Of a stretch of 64,000 nt of DNA, positions 39,601 to 48,103 are shown piece after piece. This stretch comes from Prosthecochloris vibrioformis (GTDB lineage: Bacteria; Bacteroidota; JABWAT01), in contig CALRWV020000012.1 of the NCBI GenBank assembly GCA_943371965.1, forward strand, positions 14,449 through 78,448, written 5' to 3'. The notes below the pieces were generated by a model. That model worked only from the letters and a program-made list of their open reading frames with translations. It was not told the DNA's origin and did not search any database. Both the position numbers and the translations under genes were made by a program. Position 1 is the stretch's first letter, and each line of letters begins with the position of its first letter.

Positions 39601-39821
39601 TTACAGATATAGGATCTGCTTGGGATCAGCATCAGAAATATCAGGCCTTTTCGCATAATGACAAGCTTGAATGGGGAACAAAGGATTTACTGTGTGGTTC
39701 AGGGTTCGGGGTCAGAACATTCTTTCTGTATTTCCTGCTGAAAGTTGATGTTGCATGGAATTATGATTTCCGAAATGGAAGCAAACCGCAATATTATATC
39801 AGTCTTGGTGGGGATTTCTAA
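36648..39821 (+). CDS. Outer-membrane protein: HExxH (MA-peptidase-like) domain, PD40 beta-propeller repeats and a C-terminal Omp85-family barrel
   Basis: Signal peptide MKKSIFLLVLLVLFVSAKSHAQ; HVIHHELVHAV. PD40 repeats (SPKGDKIALI, SPDGKRIAVS, SRDGEKLAF, SPDSKRIIFVSDR, GPDGKSILYISD). Omp85 barrel hallmarks (GLPLRGFDLNEQFGNRYFILNGEFRFP, GSGFGVRT, terminal F). The track start at 36570 is unlikely. Confidence 0.7.
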   Translation: MKKSIFLLVLLVLFVSAKSHAQFQFGQNKVQYKYYKWNYIQSDHFDLYFTDGNYKLAEFAILSAESAYVKISKDFKYSINNRITFIIYGSHNEFQQTNAIGGYLDEGIGGVTELFKNRIVLPFEGNFQQFRHVIHHELVHAVINDMFYAGSIQNMISQANPVEIPLWFNEGVAEFSALDWDSNTDLFMRDAVINNYLAPIEQLNGYFAYRGGQSLWYYITQKYGREKIAEIMQRLRSVRRVNEAFVGALGLTLEELSERWQKDLKVRYWPEIATRDDIKSIGRRLTDHKKDGSNYNTSPSISPKGDKIALITDKNRYIDIELINAIDGKFIKKLVDGQRSRNFEELHLITPGISWSPDGKRIAVSTKAAEEDVIMLLDVQTGDEEKLAFGLDGIFSVDWSRDGEKLAFQGLKNGNSDIYVYEFKTKQLLNITNDSFSDLDPSWSPDSKRIIFVSDRNKLNPGDVKSGGRELFEKNLDQTDIFELKLETRAIERITKTDGFDESNPIYGPDGKSILYISDENGAYNLFSMNLEKKTVRPLTNVLQGIRQMSVTYDGEKLALVALDDAGFDIFTINNPFELKVKGDSLTSNLWANFRDSHAGKMKNKISAENGFAPDKETGKNALSDSLRNYVFDPEASKEIRSNRADTINFSNYEFSEDVAKEEENNSENVPAVKYSSVGTRLPGGEFKVFDYKLNFSVDYAQTNLGVNNIYGASGSTQMVFSDMLGNHQIVFASNLVVNLENSDFYLAYFYLPKRYDVGVFGYHTAKYFPFAINDTSAYDYYRFRNYGVGLSLSYPFDKYNRVEFDLGFSILSKENVDRNVPIEEVGFVNPKLEYTHDTVLWGPLAPNNGSRYGIAFQAVPSFLSNRLEFYTLSADYRTYWRLTDYTSFAVRGAGAISGGKTPQKYFIGGVEQWLNVRLTNRSHFPIKNVEDFVFAEAGLPLRGFDLNEQFGNRYFILNGEFRFPMLLWLFPEVNSGSFFMGTIFTDIGSAWDQHQKYQAFSHNDKLEWGTKDLLCGSGFGVRTFFLYFLLKVDVAWNYDFRNGSKPQYYISLGGDF

Positions 39822-39857
39822 ATAATCTAATTTAATTTCAAACCCAAATACAAGGTT

Positions 39858-39893
39858 ATCATGCTGAATCCTGTTTCTGCGGATTCAGCATAC
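39858..39893 (+). repeat. Perfect 11-bp-stem hairpin (ATGCTGAATCC / GGATTCAGCAT), short member of the CATGCTGAAT repeat family and a possible terminator
   Basis: atcATGCTGAATCCtgtttctgcGGATTCAGCATac. It shares the core TCATGCTGAAT with 47966-47978. No T-run follows it. Confidence 0.5.
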
Positions 39894-40042
39894 AATGGAA
39901 ACCATGTTATTTGGGTGAATATTTGAAAAAAGAAGCGTAAGATGAAAGACAAACTCCCGGTTTAACAGAGAATTCAAGCGCATCAATTCCGCAGTAACCT
40001 GCTTACTCGCATTTCCAAACCCAACCTGTTATATTCGCAGGT

Positions 40043-40858
40043 ATGAATCAGTTGCCAAAAACCAGAAATCACAGATCTGTTTTACGCCGCCAAACCATTT
40101 TCTCAAAACAGATAACAAGAAGTTTTCCGTTGAATCCTGTGATGGATATCGCGGTTTTCAATAAACTTCAGGAATTGGTATTTGCATCATACGGTGAAGC
40201 ATTGGATCTGTTTATAACAGAAATTGCACCTTATTATTTTATCGATTTCAGCTACAAGTCACTTCCTGAGCAGGATCACCCTGAACTTATAATTGACAGG
40301 AAAGAATTTGAATGGTTTTCAGAGCTTTTTCAGGAACTGATTGTTTTGGGTGCATCTTTAAGTGATTTTGAAATTCACAGGGCAAAAGACAATTTTTTCA
40401 GGTTGATTGATACGCACGAAACCGGGATGAAACATTATGATTCAGATGAAGCGAAATCAATTATTCATAAAATCTTCATGCAGTCAATGTATCTCAACGG
40501 GTTTATTGATGAGATAAACTCGCAGATTAAAATTCCCAGCTACCGGTACCGTACAAAAAACGGAATGGTATTAAATTATTCACCTTCACTTCCACTTCAG
40601 TCTTTATCTTCAATTATTTGTGAGAAATTTAAAATTTACAACGAGTACGATATTAAGATTGTTGATAATTTCTGCGTTTTTTACTGGAATTTGAGAGCTG
40701 TACAGTCTGAACTGAAACAGATTGAACTGCTTGAAAAATATATTCAGTCAGCAACAGTGAAATTGAAAACAGAAACAGTTAATCTGCTTGAAGATATTGG
40801 TGATTACATCGAATTTGTCATGTCAGATGATTTTATTCCCGGTGATGACTCTGAGTGA
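40043..40858 (+). CDS. Hypothetical protein (no family recognised)
   Basis: A 271-aa ORF of coding-like composition. An alternative start (MDIAVF...) lies at 40142. No motif I can name. Confidence 0.4.
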   Translation: MNQLPKTRNHRSVLRRQTIFSKQITRSFPLNPVMDIAVFNKLQELVFASYGEALDLFITEIAPYYFIDFSYKSLPEQDHPELIIDRKEFEWFSELFQELIVLGASLSDFEIHRAKDNFFRLIDTHETGMKHYDSDEAKSIIHKIFMQSMYLNGFIDEINSQIKIPSYRYRTKNGMVLNYSPSLPLQSLSSIICEKFKIYNEYDIKIVDNFCVFYWNLRAVQSELKQIELLEKYIQSATVKLKTETVNLLEDIGDYIEFVMSDDFIPGDDSE

Positions 40859-40964
40859 AAACCGGATTTTGACAGACCGCTCCAGTTTATACTTCTGAAG
40901 TGGAATTCAACCCAGTTACTTTTAAACGACCAAACAAACTGAAAACCAAATCAGGAATCCAATC

Positions 40965-42332
40965 ATGTTCGATACTTTAAAAATCAGAAACGACTTTCCG
41001 GTAACCCAATTGAAATTTCCGGTATTGGGCGGGAAAGAGGAAAAAACCTTGATTTATATGGATCATGGAGCCAGTACACATGCACCAAATCCTGTAATAG
41101 ATAAGTTTGATAAATTTCTCCGTTCTTATTATGCAAATGTCCACCGTGGAAGCCATCATCTCAGCATTATGGCAACTGATCTTTTTGACAGTGTGACCAA
41201 CATCATTTTTGATTTCATTAAAGGGGATAAAGATCAGAACTGCATCTTGTTTGCGCAGAACACGACTCAGGCGCTTGATATGGCAAGCCACATGGTTGAG
41301 CAGATGAGCGGAATTACTCTAACAACTTTAATGGAGCACCATTCAAACGATCTTCCCCACAGGAGACGTGGAAAAGTCATTCATGTTAATGTTACCGACA
41401 ATGACGGAACTTTGGATTACGAAGACCTTGAACTGAAAATGAAACTGTATCATGTGAAACTGATTGCTGTTACAGGCGCATCAAACGTAACAGGTTATTT
41501 TCCTGATATTTACAGAATTGCAAGATTGGCACATTCGTATGGCGCGTTCATTCTGGTTGACGCGGCACAGCTGATTGCACACAAAGCAATCGATGTAAAA
41601 CCAAACGACCATCCGGAACATATTGATTTTCTTGCAGCTGCCGGTCATAAATCTTATGCACCGATGGGAAGCGGATTTTTATTCGGTCCCAAAAAAATAT
41701 TCAACACAGCGCCACCTTACATACCGGGTGGTGGAACTGTAATTTATGTAACTGAAAAAGATGCTTTGTTTGATCATGCACCAGACCGTCATCAGGGCGG
41801 AACACCTAACATTCCGGGAGCGATTGCGTTGGGCGCTGCATTTCAGTATCTGAATTCGATTGGTATGGATGAAGTAAGGAAACACGAAAAGGAACTCACA
41901 CAATATGCGATCGATAAGCTTGATTCCATAAAAGGTGTTATGCTGTACGGACCAAAATCTGCAGAAAGAAAAAGCGGAGTTCTCTCATTCAATATTGAAG
42001 GTGTTGATCATAAGTTGGTTTCAACTATTCTCAATTATGAATATGCCATCGCAACAAGAAACGGTTGTTTCTGTGCGCATCCTTATTTGCACAAACTGCT
42101 GAATGTTGGAGAAGCCGAATCGAACCAATTGCGTGACAAATTGGCTCGGAACGAACGCATCAGTATTCCCGGTGCTGTTAGGGCAACCATCGGGCTTTAC
42201 AACACAAAAGAAGAAATCGATATTTTATGTGACGCAGTTGAAACAATAGCCAAACACAAATGGGTTGGAAAATATGAAAAGGATGAGGAACTGGATATGT
42301 GTAAAACTTCTTTCTATGAGTTTTCATTATGA
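40965..42332 (+). CDS. Class V aminotransferase-fold PLP enzyme (cysteine desulfurase / SufS-CsdA-like)
   Basis: HHSNDLP, GASNVTG, the PLP-lysine context AAAGHKSYAPMGSGFL, and a candidate active-site Cys in ATRNGCFCAHPY. Confidence 0.85.
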   Translation: MFDTLKIRNDFPVTQLKFPVLGGKEEKTLIYMDHGASTHAPNPVIDKFDKFLRSYYANVHRGSHHLSIMATDLFDSVTNIIFDFIKGDKDQNCILFAQNTTQALDMASHMVEQMSGITLTTLMEHHSNDLPHRRRGKVIHVNVTDNDGTLDYEDLELKMKLYHVKLIAVTGASNVTGYFPDIYRIARLAHSYGAFILVDAAQLIAHKAIDVKPNDHPEHIDFLAAAGHKSYAPMGSGFLFGPKKIFNTAPPYIPGGGTVIYVTEKDALFDHAPDRHQGGTPNIPGAIALGAAFQYLNSIGMDEVRKHEKELTQYAIDKLDSIKGVMLYGPKSAERKSGVLSFNIEGVDHKLVSTILNYEYAIATRNGCFCAHPYLHKLLNVGEAESNQLRDKLARNERISIPGAVRATIGLYNTKEEIDILCDAVETIAKHKWVGKYEKDEELDMCKTSFYEFSL

Positions 42333-42565
42333 TAGACGGATTTTCAGTTTTGAAAACTTACAGTTTTTCACACGAAGCGCATTTGGATCAGGCAAAACTT
42401 CTTGATGAAAACATTGATGCGCGTTTAATGGATGAACAGATTTCAAATATATATCAGGGAATTGGTTACGCAGTTGGGATTAAAATTATTGTGCCTGATG
42501 AAGAGATCCATAAAGCAAACGATATTCTTGATTCAAATGAAAGTCAGTCACTTGAGGGGATGTAA
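42329..42565 (+). CDS. DUF2007-like small protein (putative signal-transducing fold)
   Basis: 78 aa, coupled to the upstream gene by an ATGA overlap. The pattern VLKTYSFSHEAHLDQAKLLDENIDARLMDE resembles DUF2007. Confidence 0.5.
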   Translation: MIDGFSVLKTYSFSHEAHLDQAKLLDENIDARLMDEQISNIYQGIGYAVGIKIIVPDEEIHKANDILDSNESQSLEGM

Positions 42566-42570
42566 TAATC

Positions 42571-44076
42571 ATGGCAAAAAAAATCAGTACAAAGGAAAAA
42601 TCAAAACTGAAAATTGCAATTGCAGCTTCAGAATCTGTTCCTTATGCAAAGACCGGCGGATTGGGTGATGTCATCGGATCACTTCCAAAAGCACTTGATA
42701 AATTGGGTTGTGAAATTAAAATATTCCTGCCGAAATATTCTCTGATTGATGATGAAATTTTCGGGTTGCGCCCGATTTGGGATATGGGCGAAATTCTGGT
42801 TATGGTTGGTGATCACCAGTATTTTGTTCACCTTCATCAGGCAATTCTTCCCGGAACCAATGTTGAAGTTAATTTTATTGACTGCTCACATTTTTTTGAC
42901 CGCAGATGGATTTATACAACTGACCCTGATGAAAACGAGAGATTTATTTTATTCAACAAAGCGGTTCTAGCTGTTTTGATTAAAATGAAATGGATACCCG
43001 ATATTCTTCATTGCAATGATTGGCAAACCGGATTGATTCCAGCTTATATCAAGGAAAATTATCCTCATGACAATCCGTTTGAAAAAACCGCTTCGGTAAT
43101 GACCATTCACAACATTGCGTACTCCGGAAAATTTGCCCCTGATACAGTTGCAAAAGCAAACCTGAGTTGGGACAAATATTTTCCCGGTGGTCCCTATGAA
43201 TTTTTCGACAGTTTTTCTTTTCTGAAAACCGGGTTGGTTTTTGCAGATGTGATAAATACTGTAAGTTATACTTATGCAGCAGAAATTCTAACACCTGATT
43301 TTGGCGCTGGTCTTCATGGAGTTTTGAATGAACGGAAAGCTGATCTGTACGGAATTCTAAATGGGGCTGATTATGAAATTTGGAATCCGGAAACAGATAA
43401 GTATTTACCGGCAGTTTACTCTTCCGAAAAACTGGCAAACAAAGTAAAAATAAAAAAAGCACTTCTTGCGAAAATGCGCCTTCCATTCAGTGAAAAACGC
43501 CCGGTAATCGGAATTATTTCAAGAATGGTAGATCAGAAAGGTTTTGATCTGGTTGAGAACGCTTTTCAGCAAATTCTCAAATTGGATGTTCAACTTGTTA
43601 TACTCGGAAGCGGCGAGGAAAAATACGAATCCATGTTTCAGTGGGCATCCTACCAGTATCCCGAAAAAGTTGCAGCATTTATTGGCTTCAATAATGAGCT
43701 GTCCCATCTGATAGAGGCCGGTGCAGATATGTTTCTCATGCCGTCTCGGTTTGAACCCTGCGGATTGAACCAAATCTACAGTTTGAAATATGGAACCGTT
43801 CCGATTGTAAGACGAACCGGTGGTTTGGCAGACACAGTCTTTGACTGGGATGAATTTGAGAAAATAAATCCGGAAAAAGGAACAGGGTTCGTTTTCAGAA
43901 ATGCAAATCCCTCTGAAATGTATCTGGCGGTAAGACGTGCAGTTTCAGCTTTCAATGATAAACCAACCTGGAAAAAAATCATGAAGAACGGCATGAAAAT
44001 GGATTATTCATGGGATCAGTCGGCAATAAAATATATTGAATTGTACAGGACTGCTATTAAGAAGAGAAGAAAATAG
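42571..44076 (+). CDS. glgA: Glycogen synthase (GT5)
   Basis: KIAIAASESVPYAKTGGLGDVIGSLPKAL, MPSRFEPCGLNQIYSLKYGTVPIVRRTGGLADTV. Confidence 0.93.
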   Translation: MAKKISTKEKSKLKIAIAASESVPYAKTGGLGDVIGSLPKALDKLGCEIKIFLPKYSLIDDEIFGLRPIWDMGEILVMVGDHQYFVHLHQAILPGTNVEVNFIDCSHFFDRRWIYTTDPDENERFILFNKAVLAVLIKMKWIPDILHCNDWQTGLIPAYIKENYPHDNPFEKTASVMTIHNIAYSGKFAPDTVAKANLSWDKYFPGGPYEFFDSFSFLKTGLVFADVINTVSYTYAAEILTPDFGAGLHGVLNERKADLYGILNGADYEIWNPETDKYLPAVYSSEKLANKVKIKKALLAKMRLPFSEKRPVIGIISRMVDQKGFDLVENAFQQILKLDVQLVILGSGEEKYESMFQWASYQYPEKVAAFIGFNNELSHLIEAGADMFLMPSRFEPCGLNQIYSLKYGTVPIVRRTGGLADTVFDWDEFEKINPEKGTGFVFRNANPSEMYLAVRRAVSAFNDKPTWKKIMKNGMKMDYSWDQSAIKYIELYRTAIKKRRK

Positions 44077-44203
44077 TACAGCAAAAAGATTCTCGGTCTA
44101 AAACAGATTAATCGGTTTTTCATTTTACCGCTGATCATAAATTTCTTTTGGTTGATTTCAGGACATGTTACTTTTAATTCCAAAAATCAAGAATTAATCA
44201 CCT

Positions 44204-46738
44204 ATGACCCCAACTTTTTTTGAACGCTATCCACTCATATATAAAATATCAATTCTGGTGTATGCGGTTTTTACCGTTATTGTTGTTTTTGCCGATTCCT
44301 ATTTTGCCGGTTCAAGAGTTACCGATGAAAATGTTTTTGCTGGAACCACACCCAAAATTGTTGTCACGGTAGTCAACGAAGGCGGCGCAAGTGATCGTGC
44401 GGGAATGCTCGTTGGAGATACCATTTATTCAATCAACGGTAAGACTTTCCTGAACGCCCAAGATGCTGACAGAATTCTCCGCGAATCGGCACCGGGCTCA
44501 ATTATGGATTACGGAATCATCCGCGGAAATCAGAAGCTGATTCTGAAGGTTCAGGCTGCAAGATTGGGTATTAATGCAAACACTGTAATTGGATTAATCA
44601 GTTTTCTGCTGTTTCTTGCTGTCGGTTTGTATATCGGACTTGTTAGGTCAAACGAAAAAGGCGCACGGATTCTTTCGTGGGCGCTGGTGCTTCTTTCCCC
44701 TCTTGTCACGGTAATTACCGGAGGAAGAGGAGTTAACGGAATACCACTTCTTATTATTGTCAGTGGAGCATTTTTCTTTGGGTTCCCGCTCAATACTTAT
44801 GCTGAATTATTTATCCCTGAAAAAGATTCATATTTCAGGAAAGCCAGAGTTGTTGTTCTTACTTCGCTGGGTCTCTCAATTGTCAGTTTTATTTTAACAT
44901 GGTCATGGATAATATTCAATGTTCCTCGTCTTAATATTGAAAAAACCGGTTTGCTGAGTGTTCCGCTTACTATTCCTTTAGTAATTTTAATGTATATTAT
45001 TACAAATCTTGTTGTTTCAAAATTCATGCGTGACAAAACATCAAATAAATATTTATCTCCAGTAGGAAACTCCTGGGCAATTTTTGGATTTTCAATAGGA
45101 GTTTTTCTTACAGCAGGAAACTACTTTAACCCGATATATTTTTATGGTTTGATTTTGACGGCTGCACCTCCTGTTGCCTGGTTTTACCTGATGACAACAC
45201 ACCGTTTGTTTGGAATCAATATCCCAATCAAGCGGTCAATTCAGTATTCAGTTTTCAACGTCTTTTTCTGGATTTTTCTGGTCATTTTTTATTTCTGGTT
45301 TTTAAATCTGATTTCAAATATTACTTTGGGAGATGTCGGTTTCCGCTTTACTCCAACAGCCCTTGAAATCGGTGATAAAGATGCAAAAGGATTTACCGAC
45401 CGTCCTCTTTTTATTCTGCTGGGAATTATTTCCTTTGTTCTGATCCTGCAAATTAAAAAACGCGGACAGAAAATTCTGAAACAACTTTTCTTCAAAGAAG
45501 ATTATGACTACAAAAATGCAGTATCAGAAGTATCCGAGCTGATTGCTACCAATATTACTGTTGATACATTGCTGGCTGCACTTTCTTCTGAGTTGAAATT
45601 GATTCTGAAATTGAAAGGTGTTGCCGTTTTTATCAATGAATCCGGAAAATCGGTTTTGAAATCATTCAACAGTCTGGATGAAAAGAAATTGAATGAAATT
45701 GACGGAACTGAACTTTATCAGAATCTTGAAAAACTGAAACATCCTACTGGAATTGAAAAAACATCGCTTGAAAATCTGTTCAAAAAAGCTGAGGTGCAGT
45801 TTATTGTTCCGCTGATTATCAAGGACAAAATGATCGGCGCAATTCTGTTGGGCGAAAAATATTCTGAGACTGCCTACAAACAGGCAGATATCACTTTTGT
45901 TGAATCACTGTCACGCCAGATTGCAGTTGCCATTGAAAACTCACGTCTTTCAGATGATGCCAGAAAAAGTGATCTGATTAAACGCGATCTTGAACTGGCA
46001 AAAAAAATTCAAATGAATCTGCTTCCTTCCAAAACGCCTTCTATTGGGGGATTGCAGATTACGGGTTCTTACATTCCGGCAAATGAAGTTGGCGGTGATT
46101 ATTACGATTTTCTTACTCCGATTCTGAATCTGAATTCTGAGCCTAACAAAGTAACGGTTGTTGTGGGTGATGTTGCCGGAAAAGGAATTTCGGCTTCATT
46201 GTATATGTCTCGCGTTCAGGGAATTATCCGCTCATTGTACCACACCGGAAATTTTTCACCAAAGGCATTGCTCTCACATGCAAACGAACTCATTTATTCC
46301 GTTGCTGACCGTAAATCATTTATTACAATGGTCTGTGCTGAATTTGAAATGAAAGAACGGATTATGACATTTTCACGCGCCGGTCATTTACCGATTCTTC
46401 ATTATTCCGCAGCCGATAAAAAATGCAATCAATTAACATCTATTGGATTTGCGTTGGGAATGCGGGTTGCATCTTCGTTCAATGAAGTGCTGGGTGAAGA
46501 AAAAGTAAATTTTGGAATGGGTGATATTTTTGTTCTCTATTCGGATGGAATTTCTGAAGCCATGAACACCGCAAAAGGTGAATACGGTTTTGACAGGTTG
46601 GAAGAAATTGTAATCTCAAACTGTGCCTACAATTCCGAATTGATTCTGAAATCAATCGAAACCGATCTGATTTCGTTTGTAGGAGAAGCAGAACCAAGTG
46701 ATGACATTACGTTGGTGGTGGTGAAGATTAGTAGTTGA
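44204..46738 (+). CDS. Polytopic membrane protein: N-terminal anchor, PDZ domain, ~9 TM helices, GAF and a PP2C/SpoIIE phosphatase
   Basis: PDZ: GGASDRAGMLVGDTIYSINGKTF. Many hydrophobic helices between aa ~120 and 410. GAF ends in QIAVAIENSRL. PP2C: GGDYYDF, VVGDVAGKGISASLYMS, DDITLVVVKI. Confidence 0.85.
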   Translation: MTPTFFERYPLIYKISILVYAVFTVIVVFADSYFAGSRVTDENVFAGTTPKIVVTVVNEGGASDRAGMLVGDTIYSINGKTFLNAQDADRILRESAPGSIMDYGIIRGNQKLILKVQAARLGINANTVIGLISFLLFLAVGLYIGLVRSNEKGARILSWALVLLSPLVTVITGGRGVNGIPLLIIVSGAFFFGFPLNTYAELFIPEKDSYFRKARVVVLTSLGLSIVSFILTWSWIIFNVPRLNIEKTGLLSVPLTIPLVILMYIITNLVVSKFMRDKTSNKYLSPVGNSWAIFGFSIGVFLTAGNYFNPIYFYGLILTAAPPVAWFYLMTTHRLFGINIPIKRSIQYSVFNVFFWIFLVIFYFWFLNLISNITLGDVGFRFTPTALEIGDKDAKGFTDRPLFILLGIISFVLILQIKKRGQKILKQLFFKEDYDYKNAVSEVSELIATNITVDTLLAALSSELKLILKLKGVAVFINESGKSVLKSFNSLDEKKLNEIDGTELYQNLEKLKHPTGIEKTSLENLFKKAEVQFIVPLIIKDKMIGAILLGEKYSETAYKQADITFVESLSRQIAVAIENSRLSDDARKSDLIKRDLELAKKIQMNLLPSKTPSIGGLQITGSYIPANEVGGDYYDFLTPILNLNSEPNKVTVVVGDVAGKGISASLYMSRVQGIIRSLYHTGNFSPKALLSHANELIYSVADRKSFITMVCAEFEMKERIMTFSRAGHLPILHYSAADKKCNQLTSIGFALGMRVASSFNEVLGEEKVNFGMGDIFVLYSDGISEAMNTAKGEYGFDRLEEIVISNCAYNSELILKSIETDLISFVGEAEPSDDITLVVVKISS

Positions 46739-46783
46739 TGGGAAATTAAAAAGGCAATTAAATTATAAATAATAGTATGAAAA

Positions 46784-47440
46784 TCAACTTTCTTTGAATT
46801 TATTTCCTTCCAAATAAATTTCGAAATTTATTTCAAGATTTAAATTATTCAATCTCCTGATACTTTCTTTCTCAATTGTTGGACCACCAATCATTCCGTT
46901 GCCATTGTGAAAATAAAGTACGGCTTGAATATAACCATTAGCCTTTTCAACTAGCAGCCTGATTCCTTCAGTGTCCTGCTCCAAAAAATCGAGTAACTTT
47001 TTCAATTTGTCTTCAAACTCGTCTGGTTCCGGGTTAGGCTGAAATTCCAAAGAACTGAAAGAAATATTTAATTTCCCTTGTTTTTTTGGATCACCCTTAT
47101 TCCAACTTTGAGTTGGTGTTAACTTTGTCATTGATTTAAGTTGGAATTCTGAAAGAAGATCAGAAGTAGCGCGGAAGTAAATATTATTGTTTGGTTCGGT
47201 GCCAAAGCCTACAACTTCTTTTGTTGATGGGTCTAAATAAACTGCGAAGTAAAATTTCTGATCTTGAACAGGTAAATACGCGATAAATAATTTATTAGTC
47301 CTCTCTTTATCAATTCTTTCAATTATTGGTTTGTTTCCGACAAAAATGGGATTGTGAATATTAAGATACTGTTGAGTTACATCAAGTGTTTGGTCTCGTA
47401 TTTCATTTTCCACGATTTCAATTATTTGGTTATCTGTCAT
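46784..47440 (-). CDS. Hypothetical protein, C-terminal half DUF4279-like
   Basis: The C-terminal pattern (TPTQSWNKGDPKKQGK...FEDKLKKLLDFLE...LNLEINFEIY) resembles DUF4279. This is a weak recollection only. Confidence 0.35.
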   Translation of the reverse strand: MTDNQIIEIVENEIRDQTLDVTQQYLNIHNPIFVGNKPIIERIDKERTNKLFIAYLPVQDQKFYFAVYLDPSTKEVVGFGTEPNNNIYFRATSDLLSEFQLKSMTKLTPTQSWNKGDPKKQGKLNISFSSLEFQPNPEPDEFEDKLKKLLDFLEQDTEGIRLLVEKANGYIQAVLYFHNGNGMIGGPTIEKESIRRLNNLNLEINFEIYLEGNKFKES

Positions 47441-47462
47441 TTTTTCTCAACTCTATTTTTGA

Positions 47463-47921
47463 TCATATTCCAATCTCATCTCCAACCCTAACAACTCCAT
47501 CACTCAAGACATCAGCACGTAAACCGCCACGGTGAATGAGTCCCTTTCGGATTCCTTCTTTGGCTGTCAGTTTTTCGAGATGACCACAGGGTTCGCACAA
47601 CTTCACACCTTTTAAAGTTATGTCACCAACCTTAAATGTTTTTCCAACCAGATGATTCAATGCAATTCCCTGAGTTACAAGGTTCCGTCTGTGTTCACCG
47701 GGTTCAATTGAAATTCCATAATCACGTTCCAATGCCTCAAGTGCTTCCGATTCAATCAGAGTGATATTTCTGCCTTCAGTAGATTTTGCAGAAAACGTTC
47801 CAGCTTTTGAAAAGTAACGGTCGCCTTCAATTCCCAAACCGGCAGCAACTTCAACAAAACTCATCGATTGCAACGGTTTTGCTTTTTCAGGAGAAATATA
47901 AATGGAAAGAATTATTGCCAT
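47463..47921 (-). CDS. MOSC domain-containing protein
   Basis: GIEGDRYF, NITLIESEALEAL, GEHRRNLVTQGI, and VKLCEPCGHLE with the conserved Cys. Confidence 0.85.
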   Translation of the reverse strand: MAIILSIYISPEKAKPLQSMSFVEVAAGLGIEGDRYFSKAGTFSAKSTEGRNITLIESEALEALERDYGISIEPGEHRRNLVTQGIALNHLVGKTFKVGDITLKGVKLCEPCGHLEKLTAKEGIRKGLIHRGGLRADVLSDGVVRVGDEIGI

Positions 47922-47965
47922 AGAATGTTAATAGAAATTGATTGTGCTATAAAACAAAAAAGTTT

Positions 47966-48065
47966 GTCATGCTGAATGGAATGAAGCATCTCAATGCTAA
48001 TCGGGTTTCAATTTAGCTGATGTGCATTGAGATTCTTCACTCCGCTGTTGCTCGTTCAGAATGAC
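47966..48065. repeat. REP-like imperfect inverted repeat (long hairpin) between the MOSC and DOPA-dioxygenase genes
   Basis: Left arm GTCATGCTGAATGGAATGAAGCATCTCAATGC. The right arm, reverse-complemented, reads GTCATTCTGAACGAGCAACAGCGGAGTGAAGAATCTCAATGC. The inner 10 bp (ATCTCAATGC/GCATTGAGAT) pair perfectly around a 26-nt loop. Confidence 0.6.
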
Positions 48066-48103
48066 ACGCATTATATTCTCTGCGCCTTAACGGTAAAACG
48101 AAT

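Noticed and set aside
42432-42668. 78-aa ORF bridging the DUF2007-like gene and glgA
   Set aside because: It is out of frame with two better-supported genes and crosses their boundary. The glgA N-terminus (KIAIAASESVPYAKTGGLGDV) is canonical from 42571.
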